DNA of 64,000 nt from a virus: UHGV virus genome UHGV-1430915. The stretch is one strand, 5' to 3'. Position numbers and translations under genes: made by a program. The notes under the pieces were generated by a model. That model searched no databases. It saw only the letters and a program-made list of their open reading frames with translations, and was not told the DNA's origin. This document shows positions 55,048 through 64,000 of this stretch, piece by piece (the first letter of the stretch is position 1; each line of letters begins with the position of its first letter).

Positions 55048-58000
55048 TTACTTCAGTTTCTCTTGCAACCCAGTAACAACATCTGTCAATTTTTTAACCT
55101 GCTCCTCAAGGGCGGTTATTTTATCGTCTTGTTCCCTGCAAACCTGGACAAGCAAGCCTGTTACAGCTGCGTAGTCAACGTTATAGAACCTTTCTTCTGT
55201 TATCAAAGGAGTTCCATCTTGATCAGGGTTTGGGATTTCCTTCCTTTTCACGAAAGACCCTACTGCCTCTGGCAATGCTTCCATGACCTCTTGAGCAATT
55301 ACCCCCGCGTGAGGCATACCATTCTCTTTTAAAGTGTAGGTATAGCCCTTCATCTTACGGATAGCTTCCAGCGCGTTAGGAATAACCTCTATATTGTCCT
55401 TCAGGTCTCTATCAGAGCTCTGGCTCACAGTGGTGCACTCTACTACACCGTTGACAGCAAAATATCTTGACTTAGCCTCGTCTGACCTAGTGCCACAGTG
55501 GAATACCCAGCTAGAAGATGCAGCGTTGTCGTTTACCTGAAACTCAAGCACGTTCTTCCTGTCTGCGTTACCCCAATAGAACATTCTGCCTGTATTGGTA
55601 GGTAAGTTATCGGCGTTGCTAGAAAGACTATTAGCACCGACATGAATTTCCAGTTGATTACTGGTTTCACCAAAAGTGTAATTAGGTCTTAACTGAATGC
55701 CTTTACCAGCATCGTGTCTCCATTCTTCCCAAGTAAAGACATCGCCAACGTAGTTACCAGCACGAGTATATCTGTCACCAAAATAGGTGATATATTCCTG
55801 CACACAACCTTGAGGTCTGTTAGCTGTGTTTTTGTAAACAAGCAGTGTACCAGCGTACGGAGCAGGGTAGTGGCGATCTATTACAAGTGCGTCAGCGTTT
55901 GAACCTTGGTGATAGAAACCTTCACGGCTACCATCGTAGGCATTAAGGTCTTCTGTCCCCAGACCTTGACCACGGTGCTGAATAACTTTGTTCCACGCCC
56001 TGTGGTTACCACCCTCAATAGATCTGGTGTATAACTGATCAAGGCGACCAGCCATTTGGAAGGCATAGTTTCCAGAAAACGCCACAGACAACCCACCAAC
56101 AACCATCGAACCTTCTGGTCCGTTGACGTTGCCAGCCATTATTTTTGACGGGTTATTAGGTCCGAACTGGTTGTTCCAGTCTCTACCAGTATGACATACA
56201 AAACCACCTGGGGCTGAGAAAGTACCATCTTTGTTGAAGTTGTAGAATCTATGAGCTGTTCCCACAACATCTCGAACAATAACTTGACCAGCTTCTGGAG
56301 TAGACCTGAACTCTGCTTGGCCTTTAAGGCCAGCACCATTACCACATTTAGAGGTAAACGTGCCGTTAGTTAGATCCTCTGTTCCGTCAGATGCACACTG
56401 GAATCCCGCGTTAGAGAATAATGCCTTTCTAGGACCGCCGTAGCACAAATAGTCAAGACCGTCTGCCCACAGCTCGACTTTAGGCATGTTCGTTTTGCTC
56501 ATCACTGCATAGCGTTCAGGAGTCCCCAGGTAGTGCCACATAGTTCCACCACCAGTGTAGAAACCTGATGTTCCTTTGAACTCAACCAGAGGTCTGGTGT
56601 TTGTTACATCATCACCTTTGATTGCAAGACTCAAATCTGCAGATTCCAGAGGAGCACAGAACTTGACACCATCTTGGTTACCTGTCACGTTGCCTACTTG
56701 CCAATCAACCTCCCTGGTTGACACTTCTATTACAGTAGCGCCAGCATATACTGTAACAGGGAATGCACGTGCCTCTACATAGAATGCAACATACTCCTGC
56801 TTACCTCTGGTTGGAGACACACATCCGAGGATTGCTCTCTCGTTTTGGTAGAAATTAATAACCCCTTGGAAAGAATCACCTCTGTCTGTCCAGCCACCAG
56901 TTCTGTAGTGACACTGTAGTGTAGCACAGTTCATTGGGTCGCCGCCAGAAGAAGATCTGGTGACAATGGTTAAATCTGTCCCGATAGTTGCTGCAAAGTT
57001 GGGGTCAGTTCTGACGATAATAGGATAATACTTACCGTCCTGCATAGCTGCAGTTCTAGGCAGGTTTACATATGGTCTAGCGCCTGCTGCCAGAGGGATT
57101 CTGAATTGTGCTTGAGCATCCCCTACAGTCCTGGCACTGGTACCACCACAAGCTATCGGTAGTGGTTCCCATTTGGCTTTCCGGTTGTTATAAACACCCC
57201 ACTCAAGCGTCCCTTCACCTTGCTCGTCCATACCGCCATCCCAGATGACCATCTTGGCGGCTTTCTTAGATCCCCAGAAACCTCTTTCTGCTCCTGAACT
57301 GCGGATCCATTCTCCAAGTCCCCAGTTTGCCAGCTGACCGTTCAGATCACCAACCTGCATATATTTAGGACAATCTAAGACCCCATCCTCACGGAAGCCT
57401 AAATATCTATGAGTTTCAGATCCTTTTGCACCTTTGTGCAGGTGGATTGTTAACCACGCCTTATTGTCGTTTCTTACCTCGGAATAGATCCTATACCCAT
57501 GCTCAAGGACACCGTCAGCACTGTATTTGTCCCCGTTAACAATGCCAGATGCCGACTTGACATCAGCAGAGCTTTGAGATAGGTAAAGGTGTCCGAAGGT
57601 AGGAGAATTCCTAGACCCAAGACCGATGTGCGATCTAAAGGTCTCATCGTTACGAGGTCTGACCATCGGCTGCCATGCAGTCCACTGGTTTGTGTTGGCC
57701 TGATAGGTTCTCAAATACCAAACATCTACGTTAGAGAATGGGTAGTATTCCTGACGACAGCCTGTGCCGCCGTTAGCATTGTTCTGCCAAACAATTAGGT
57801 GACCCGCACCAGAACCCGCAGGGTAACCATTTGCCTCAGTTGCATTAGCAGTCATCGGCTGGTAGTATACACCATCCTGATTACCAGTCAGGTTATTGAT
57901 ATTGAAATTTGCCTCAAGGGCTGCACGTTGCTTATAGAAAGCTCCTAAGTTAATGCGTGCACCTGCGGCATCTTTGGCCCCTGTACCACCCTGCTCTATA

Positions 58001-58854
58001 GCAAGAGGCTGCCACGAGGCTGTTTGTTGGTTCCACATACCCCAACGGCCTGTTGCATCAAGCTGCAAGTACCCTGCTGTGTTTACATCATCCCCAGCAC
58101 GGATAACTGTTCTTGTTGGATTATTTGCCTCCAGGCGTTTAAATTCGTCACGAAGTGCTATTCTTTTTGTTGTTACCACACCGTTGGTTACTGCAATGGT
58201 ATACATGGCTCCGGAAGTAGCGCCACGGAAAATACCATCAACAGTTGTAGTATCACGACGAGATACCACACCGTTCAGAAATTTTTCACCAGCTGCTACG
58301 GAAGGATAGTTAGTGGTTCTTCCCTCTTCAATAACTGCAGGGCCAACAAAGTTGACAAGGTGAACAACATCACCTACAGTATGCACTGTGCCAAAATCTA
58401 CCCGCTGCGCAAGTGCTTTAGCATCATTGGCTGTCTTAACCGTAACATCCATTACATCCTGGACAGACTGCCCTTCGGCTGTCATAATCATAGACGCACC
58501 AATGGTAGACTCCAGCTCCTCCCTTAAGGACGGGTCTGTATACACCATCCAGGCAGCGTCAGTAATCCCACCGTCAGAGTATGGTGAAGACAGTGCAGGA
58601 ACAGTGTGTGGAAATTCGCCTTTCCAACGCAGGTAGAGGTCTTCCTCTTCGAAGTAGGCAAAATCCATTGGGCCGTTTAACTTACCACCTTCCTTAAAGG
58701 AGATTACATGAGAAACAGTCCCATCCACATGGACAACATCGCCAATTTTCACACGACGGGTCAGGTCTGGTTGTTGAACAACCAGGTAATCATCCTCTGT
58801 CACTGCGGTAGTGGCAGGAAGAGATTCAATTCTGACAACTTTAATATCAGCCAT
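55048..58854 (-). CDS. L-shaped-type tail fibre with C-terminal intramolecular chaperone (peptidase S74-like) domain
   Basis: C-terminal ~120 aa begins SDRDLKDNIEVIPNALEAIRKMKGYTY...AGVIAQEV and ends in a coiled-coil, matching the self-cleaving chaperone domain of T5 pb1/endosialidase-type fibres; N-terminus homologous to 61489..62157. Confidence 0.7.
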   Translation of the reverse strand: MADIKVVRIESLPATTAVTEDDYLVVQQPDLTRRVKIGDVVHVDGTVSHVISFKEGGKLNGPMDFAYFEEEDLYLRWKGEFPHTVPALSSPYSDGGITDAAWMVYTDPSLREELESTIGASMIMTAEGQSVQDVMDVTVKTANDAKALAQRVDFGTVHTVGDVVHLVNFVGPAVIEEGRTTNYPSVAAGEKFLNGVVSRRDTTTVDGIFRGATSGAMYTIAVTNGVVTTKRIALRDEFKRLEANNPTRTVIRAGDDVNTAGYLQLDATGRWGMWNQQTASWQPLAIEQGGTGAKDAAGARINLGAFYKQRAALEANFNINNLTGNQDGVYYQPMTANATEANGYPAGSGAGHLIVWQNNANGGTGCRQEYYPFSNVDVWYLRTYQANTNQWTAWQPMVRPRNDETFRSHIGLGSRNSPTFGHLYLSQSSADVKSASGIVNGDKYSADGVLEHGYRIYSEVRNDNKAWLTIHLHKGAKGSETHRYLGFREDGVLDCPKYMQVGDLNGQLANWGLGEWIRSSGAERGFWGSKKAAKMVIWDGGMDEQGEGTLEWGVYNNRKAKWEPLPIACGGTSARTVGDAQAQFRIPLAAGARPYVNLPRTAAMQDGKYYPIIVRTDPNFAATIGTDLTIVTRSSSGGDPMNCATLQCHYRTGGWTDRGDSFQGVINFYQNERAILGCVSPTRGKQEYVAFYVEARAFPVTVYAGATVIEVSTREVDWQVGNVTGNQDGVKFCAPLESADLSLAIKGDDVTNTRPLVEFKGTSGFYTGGGTMWHYLGTPERYAVMSKTNMPKVELWADGLDYLCYGGPRKALFSNAGFQCASDGTEDLTNGTFTSKCGNGAGLKGQAEFRSTPEAGQVIVRDVVGTAHRFYNFNKDGTFSAPGGFVCHTGRDWNNQFGPNNPSKIMAGNVNGPEGSMVVGGLSVAFSGNYAFQMAGRLDQLYTRSIEGGNHRAWNKVIQHRGQGLGTEDLNAYDGSREGFYHQGSNADALVIDRHYPAPYAGTLLVYKNTANRPQGCVQEYITYFGDRYTRAGNYVGDVFTWEEWRHDAGKGIQLRPNYTFGETSNQLEIHVGANSLSSNADNLPTNTGRMFYWGNADRKNVLEFQVNDNAASSSWVFHCGTRSDEAKSRYFAVNGVVECTTVSQSSDRDLKDNIEVIPNALEAIRKMKGYTYTLKENGMPHAGVIAQEVMEALPEAVGSFVKRKEIPNPDQDGTPLITEERFYNVDYAAVTGLLVQVCREQDDKITALEEQVKKLTDVVTGLQEKLK

Positions 58855-58889
58855 TCTTTCTCCTGAAAGGGGGCAAACAGCCCCCTATG

Positions 58890-61487
58890 TTAAAGGTACA
58901 ATCCACGGTATTGAGCATAAAGGCCCAGACCGCGAAGGATTTCGCCAGAGTGATAGCCTACCGGATCAGAAACTGCCCAGCAGCCATTTAAAACATTATC
59001 CCCATTAATAAAGTGGTGCTTTTGCAGTAGCTTCATACAGGCTTCTACAACAATATCTATTTGGGGTATTGTTTCTGAATACCCGCACAGACCTAGCCAG
59101 CAGCAACCTGCAAGCCATTCACCTACCACCCACATCCTATCTCCTCTATCTTGATAAGAGTATCCACCAGAGGTGTTAAAGTCTGTAGGCAAATTTCCTG
59201 AATGGGATGACTGGAATCTGTTGAGGAACCATGCCCATTTCTGGCAGAACAGGAATAGTCTTTCATCAACAGGCTCTTTATGTTTCTTGAGCTCATATAT
59301 TGTGCGGCACGCAGCAACAAAAGATCTTGACTGGAGTTTAGAGTTATCTACCATCTCCCACCAACCAGTCAACCCTTCATTACCTCTCTGCCATACATAA
59401 CGTGAGGCAACTGGACCCTCTGTCTTAAATGTATTGTTATACCAGACTTGAGAGTCATACAGAAAGCCTATTGTATTTGACAATCTATGGCGGTCTATGT
59501 TTTCTGCACCCATGCAGTAGACTGCTGGGTATTGCATACCAGGATAGGGCCAACTTGGCCTTTCCTCTAAGAGATAATTTTCCTTATCTATCACCTTTCC
59601 GGCAGGGAACACACCGGGAGTGTGCCTGTATGCACCTTGCTTGTAGTTTCTGACATAACAATCGCCAACCTTAGCGGTTGATTCTGTCTTGCTTGCCATC
59701 CATACACTAAACCAGATCAGGTAAGCATCCCTATCAGCAATATAAAATTGCGGCAGTGTGTTGACGCAATACAGATCAAACAAGCCATTTCCTATCTGCC
59801 TGTCGCTCAGACTGAAATCTACAGAGGTGATCCCTTTGGTGTTAGCAAAGAAAGGTTTAATCTCCTCTTCGGTGTGATGAGGTTGTGTAGGGTCTAGTTT
59901 AAAATCTCCCAGAGTAAGAGTTTCTGTTATCCATTGTCCATTAGTGGCATATAGATCAGCATACCATAACCAACGGTCTTTGTCAAGAAATTTGACCCTT
60001 ACCATCTCATCATCTGATCGATAAGTCACTGAGTTTAAAGAAATCTCTCTTCCAAAATTGAAAGTTACTTTGCCTTTTACTATATTGCAACGGGTGAAGT
60101 TGTCAGAGTGGTTGTAAATGTCGGTATCATACTGCATACTAACACTAGCGCCACCGCTTACGGCAATGTTTTCCTCTTTTGGCAAGAGATATGGGTTACC
60201 GTCTTTACCAACCACCTCTACAAAATCAGTAACCTTGGCAACTGTTTCTGTTACCTCTGCTCCTCCAAAAGGGACACCTATTCTGTACTGTTTTTTGTTA
60301 TTGTTGCCATCATTAAGGATGAAATGTGGCTGGAACAGAACCCCTTCTCCTCCTAAATTCATAACAATTTCAGCATCTCTGCCTACTTTGTATGTAGTCC
60401 CTTTTTGGATTATTTCGCAAGGCTGACGAGCGTTCATTCTAAAATTGATATACCCGTCACTGTCCCTGCTCATGACAGGAACTGTTCCTGCGACGAGACA
60501 AGTACCATCCGTGAACGGTGCCTTAATCAACGTAGTCTTTCTGAACAGCTTGTCGTAGGCGTTTATATCGCTGAAATTAAGCAACTTATTGTAAGACTGT
60601 TTAAACGCGGTGTAATACTTTTCCTCGCCTGTTAAGGTATAGAGTTGATAACAAGCGTCACACCACATCTCTTCCCCGTCTAACTCTGGGGCTTGATTGT
60701 CTGCAACCACGTTTATAGGATTTACAATTACAGGGGATCCAGCAGGTATCACCGATCCGCCTTGCTCTTGAGGCAATCTCACACAATAGGTAACCTTGTG
60801 GTTGCCTGTAACGCCCTTATCTTGCAGTTGGATTGTGCCGAACTCTGCAGACGTATGACCACTGTCGGCTATGCTACCGTTGGCCCAATAGCGGTTACCA
60901 TCCCATGCTATATACCACTCAACCCACCAACTTAATCCGGAAGTTGTCCAATTAGGATTAACATCTGTGCCGCCGTAAACATCAGAGTCTACCGTGTTTC
61001 TTCCTAAAACACCGTTATACGCCTGAAAAGCCTTGTCCAAGTATTCTCCCCATGTCGGGGATCCTGCTGGGATTTTTCCTCTACCTTTGTTAAAAGACAC
61101 AACCACATCTTTAAACCCACCATGTGATGGAACACCATCTGTGGATAACGGGTAGTGGGATAATCTTTGCATTTTACTTTCTACTGCATATACGCCCAGA
61201 AGATGACTGTTGTAGGCTTCCCAAGCCTCTTTGGCCCTATCTAAATAAAAATCACTTTTTGATGCCCTGTATGCCTCAATGTATCCCAGAATCAACACAG
61301 CTTGGGACTCATGCATTGCCCAATCATTATTTATCTTACTTCCTGACCAACCTGACGCTATAAGTCCATCCTGGTTTACCAGTTTGTTCTGTGTAGGGAG
61401 GTTGGTAATACCTGTGTTGTTATCGAGGCACTTCCTGTGCCCCTCGATCATCTGAAATACGTTATCAATGTTGTGTTGAATACGCAT
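58890..61487 (-). CDS. large virion structural protein (865 aa), function unknown
   Basis: Position between fibre genes; aromatic-rich. Confidence 0.45.
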   Translation of the reverse strand: MRIQHNIDNVFQMIEGHRKCLDNNTGITNLPTQNKLVNQDGLIASGWSGSKINNDWAMHESQAVLILGYIEAYRASKSDFYLDRAKEAWEAYNSHLLGVYAVESKMQRLSHYPLSTDGVPSHGGFKDVVVSFNKGRGKIPAGSPTWGEYLDKAFQAYNGVLGRNTVDSDVYGGTDVNPNWTTSGLSWWVEWYIAWDGNRYWANGSIADSGHTSAEFGTIQLQDKGVTGNHKVTYCVRLPQEQGGSVIPAGSPVIVNPINVVADNQAPELDGEEMWCDACYQLYTLTGEEKYYTAFKQSYNKLLNFSDINAYDKLFRKTTLIKAPFTDGTCLVAGTVPVMSRDSDGYINFRMNARQPCEIIQKGTTYKVGRDAEIVMNLGGEGVLFQPHFILNDGNNNKKQYRIGVPFGGAEVTETVAKVTDFVEVVGKDGNPYLLPKEENIAVSGGASVSMQYDTDIYNHSDNFTRCNIVKGKVTFNFGREISLNSVTYRSDDEMVRVKFLDKDRWLWYADLYATNGQWITETLTLGDFKLDPTQPHHTEEEIKPFFANTKGITSVDFSLSDRQIGNGLFDLYCVNTLPQFYIADRDAYLIWFSVWMASKTESTAKVGDCYVRNYKQGAYRHTPGVFPAGKVIDKENYLLEERPSWPYPGMQYPAVYCMGAENIDRHRLSNTIGFLYDSQVWYNNTFKTEGPVASRYVWQRGNEGLTGWWEMVDNSKLQSRSFVAACRTIYELKKHKEPVDERLFLFCQKWAWFLNRFQSSHSGNLPTDFNTSGGYSYQDRGDRMWVVGEWLAGCCWLGLCGYSETIPQIDIVVEACMKLLQKHHFINGDNVLNGCWAVSDPVGYHSGEILRGLGLYAQYRGLYL

Positions 61488-61488
61488 C

Positions 61489-62157
61489 TTAGATAGCTCC
61501 TGCGATGATCAGTGCCCCGTACCAAGTTAGTCCATTATCATATGTTTCCAACTTGAAAATGTCTGTTGCACCAGCTGTAAATGTTAGGATAGGATCTCTT
61601 CCGTAGGCCCATTTAACATTGTCAGGCCAATAAACTTTGTTACCACCAGAGGTCTGCGTTATGCATACAGTTATAGTTCTTGCCACTCCGTCGAGCCCTT
61701 CTGTTTGATTTTCAAAAGAGATTGTGGTGTTTGAAGTGAGCCGAACTTTAAACGTGTCTGCAACGTCAAGATCCATGTCAAGTTGACCACCAATAGAGCC
61801 GTAATCAACTATCCTACCTGAAGAAGTTGCAGCAAGCTCTCCAAAAACAGACCATGCTTTTGCAGACACACCTCCGGCACCCTCTACAGTGGAATCTGGG
61901 AGGATTATTTTAGGATAATCTCCATTCCATGTGTAGTAGCGCTTAGTTTCCGGATCATAAGCAAAATCCTTCTTGCTCTTAAGATAGCCGCCCTCTGTGA
62001 AATAAACTATTTTAGTAATGCTAAGATCATTGACAACATCATCAATCTTAGCCTTTCTTGTCCCGTCAGTCTGGTTGACAACCAAGAAGTCATCACTCAA
62101 GACTGTTTCTGCATCTTCAAGATCTGGGATTGGTATTGTAGGATAAGCTACAGCCAT
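61489..62157 (-). CDS. tail fibre-related protein sharing the N-terminal anchor domain of the L-shaped fibre
   Basis: MAVAYPTIPIPDLEDAETVLSDDFLVVNQTDGTRKAKIDDVV aligns with MADIKVVRIESLPATTAVTEDDYLVVQQPDLTRRVKIGDVV of 55048..58854. Confidence 0.5.
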   Translation of the reverse strand: MAVAYPTIPIPDLEDAETVLSDDFLVVNQTDGTRKAKIDDVVNDLSITKIVYFTEGGYLKSKKDFAYDPETKRYYTWNGDYPKIILPDSTVEGAGGVSAKAWSVFGELAATSSGRIVDYGSIGGQLDMDLDVADTFKVRLTSNTTISFENQTEGLDGVARTITVCITQTSGGNKVYWPDNVKWAYGRDPILTFTAGATDIFKLETYDNGLTWYGALIIAGAI

Positions 62158-62166
62158 GATTTCTCC

Positions 62167-62883
62167 TTAGTTAACATCAATAGCACGACCAGACTGGTTG
62201 GCAATAGCCTCATCATTAGAGGTAGCAATAACACCAGAATATTCGCGCTCATCTGGAGCAAGCGTCCAGGTATTGCGGTTAATGGTTTGTTCTGCATCAG
62301 TCATCAGCAGGTCTTTATCCTGAGTCAACAGAGAACCTACAGGGATCGGGTTTTCCATCTCAGGACCAGCATACTGGTTCCACCATGTAGCATCCCCGGT
62401 TCTAGGCAATCTGAAGTTGATCAGGTAGTACAGTTTATTAGCCCACTTAATCCAACCTTCATCATCACACAGAGAGGTTGCCCCGTCATCAGGCTGTGGG
62501 TAGGTAAACTGATCAAGACCTACGAAAGCCAGTCTTACAATCTCGTTCTCCTTGGTAACAACCTCAAAGAACGCTTGGTATGTTCTCGATCTTCGATCCA
62601 TAGTAGACTGGAAGTTTATGATGTTTAGCACATCTGGCTCTTGTCTTGCCACTTCCATAATCTTGTTATCAAGAACAGTCTTCATGACCTTCTTACTGAG
62701 AAAGTCCATATAGGGGAAGCCAAACAACTCATCAAAGTACCAGCTCCCCTTCCAGGTATTAAACCTCATCCACAGGCGCTGGCGCAGACTTACCTGGTTT
62801 GAATCTATCAACTCAAGACCTTTGTCTATCGCCAAATCACCTGTCTGTGGGTCCATCAATATATCACTATAAAGCGTAGCCAT
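62167..62883 (-). CDS. hypothetical structural protein (238 aa)
   Basis: ORF track; position in the structural operon. Confidence 0.45.
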   Translation of the reverse strand: MATLYSDILMDPQTGDLAIDKGLELIDSNQVSLRQRLWMRFNTWKGSWYFDELFGFPYMDFLSKKVMKTVLDNKIMEVARQEPDVLNIINFQSTMDRRSRTYQAFFEVVTKENEIVRLAFVGLDQFTYPQPDDGATSLCDDEGWIKWANKLYYLINFRLPRTGDATWWNQYAGPEMENPIPVGSLLTQDKDLLMTDAEQTINRNTWTLAPDEREYSGVIATSNDEAIANQSGRAIDVN

Positions 62884-62895
62884 GTAAGCCCTCTA

Positions 62896-63573
62896 TTAGT
62901 GCGGTCCACTTGTCTCGCCGTCAGGGCAAGAGTGGGTATGACCTTTATATTCTGCATAGAATGAGTCCAAATCCACACCAGCAGCCGTTATAATTCTACC
63001 TGATGGGTCTATTGTGGCACCATTCATTCTGATATTTCCATCCACAGCAGCTCGTAAATTGGCAGCCCCGTTAGTGAAAGAAAACTCCCCGCTACTGTCG
63101 CACCGTAATGTCCCACCAGGTGTTTGAAGCTCAAAATCACCAGAAGGCGTTAGCTTAAAATAAACCCTATCATTCCATAACTCTACATTATCAGGATCGA
63201 TCTGCAAAGCATTCGAGTCTGAATGAACAGAGGTTATTGCCCACCCTGGAAATAGGCCGTGAGTTTGTTGATCATCGTTATTGTTTTCATTTCTCTCTGA
63301 AAACTGCAACCCTACAACATCCCCAGCCTTAATTGGTAGTGTTAACCTTGCCTTCCCACTGTTTGCAGACATCACCTGGATTGGAACATCATAGATAAGA
63401 GGATATCTCTCAACATCTCCGTCATCAAACGTGGTTTCAGCTATCGGCTGCACGGCTGCAGAAGGGATACTGTAATCTACACTGACAACTCTGGCCCTGA
63501 TACTGGTGTGATAGTCCCTCATTATTTTTTCTATAAAGGATCTTACAGCAGCATCTTTCCTATTTATTGCCAT
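62896..63573 (-). CDS. possible baseplate central spike (gpV-like) with C-terminal HxH motif
   Basis: C-terminal YKGHTHSCPDGETSGPH resembles the metal-binding HxH apex of gpV-type spikes. Confidence 0.3.
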   Translation of the reverse strand: MAINRKDAAVRSFIEKIMRDYHTSIRARVVSVDYSIPSAAVQPIAETTFDDGDVERYPLIYDVPIQVMSANSGKARLTLPIKAGDVVGLQFSERNENNNDDQQTHGLFPGWAITSVHSDSNALQIDPDNVELWNDRVYFKLTPSGDFELQTPGGTLRCDSSGEFSFTNGAANLRAAVDGNIRMNGATIDPSGRIITAAGVDLDSFYAEYKGHTHSCPDGETSGPH

Positions 63574-64000
63574 TATACCTCCTCAGTTTTGTCAACAACT
63601 CCACCTATTGTTTCCCCAAGGCCAAGCTCTGTAGTGTAATCACCACCTTCTATGGTGCCCTTATGATGGACTGTGATCACCTTATAGAAGCCTGTGTATT
63701 GCCTACTTTTAAGATAAATGGTGGACTCTGGGAGGATAGCCCCGTTAAGACATGTGGTTACAGTAAGACCAACATCCTCTCTCGGGTTTTTCTTTTTCTT
63801 ACTTGTGCCACCTTTCGCAGCAGCTTTAGCTTTTCGTTTTTTAGCAGGTTCTGGGTTTTTAGGTGTGGGTGATCCGTGCATCCCAGACTCTGCACTTATT
63901 TCAAACACAGAGTCCTTGAACCTTTTTCCAACCTTGGTCCAATATAAAGCCCCGTCCTGAACGCTAAATGTTGAGTTTGTCAGCCTTGCAAACCTGCGGA
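63573..64000 (-). CDS. hypothetical structural protein, C-terminal part (start beyond window end)
   Basis: Frame stays open from 63908 to the window edge; the track start at 63908 is a GTG; Lys/Ala-rich basic segment KKRKAKAAAKGGTSKKKK. Confidence 0.4.
   Translation of the reverse strand, partial: RRFARLTNSTFSVQDGALYWTKVGKRFKDSVFEISAESGMHGSPTPKNPEPAKKRKAKAAAKGGTSKKKKNPREDVGLTVTTCLNGAILPESTIYLKSRQYTGFYKVITVHHKGTIEGGDYTTELGLGETIGGVVDKTEEV

Noticed and set aside
1-64000. Prophage or integrative element boundary
   Set aside because: No integrase, recombinase or host-like flanking genes anywhere in the window; the content is phage throughout

Overview
The window reads as an internal segment of a virulent tailed dsDNA phage genome. 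There are no host housekeeping genes, no integrase or att-like junction, no CRISPR array and no tRNA that I could recognise by eye. Coding is dense and almost entirely on the minus strand, with one plus-strand island. Layout, left to right: (1) about 1-9.5 kb, short early-type genes with near-consensus sigma70 promoters and a 1.1-kb repeat-rich non-coding hub at 458-1574; (2) about 9.5-19.6 kb, a T7-like replication module (family A DNA polymerase, TOPRIM primase fused to DnaB-like helicase, Dda/RecD-like helicase, a protein ending in the E. coli SSB tip DDDIPF) interleaved with a C5-cytosine and an amino (N6A/N4C) DNA methyltransferase; (3) about 19.6-27.4 kb, an rIIA-like GHKL ATPase, a secreted SleB/CwlJ-type cell-wall hydrolase, a MoxR-type AAA+ ATPase and unknowns; (4) 27.5-34.3 kb, the only plus-strand block, with its own consensus promoters and a bidirectional terminator, encoding a VWA/HExxH protein, a HAD phosphatase-like protein and small unknowns; (5) about 34.3-64 kb, a tail/baseplate/fibre module with a lambda-J-like central fibre, a Baseplate_J-like protein, an L-shaped-type fibre with a C-terminal intramolecular chaperone domain, and two paralogous GDTMTG-motif fibres. 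All calls rest on motifs read from the supplied translations; no database search was run, so family assignments are hypotheses graded by motif strength. Best candidates for uncharacterised biology are the split MoxR/VWA-metallopeptidase pair, the Poa1p-like macro-domain early protein, the plus-strand island, and the non-coding hub with its SD-sequestered hydrophobic micro-ORF.
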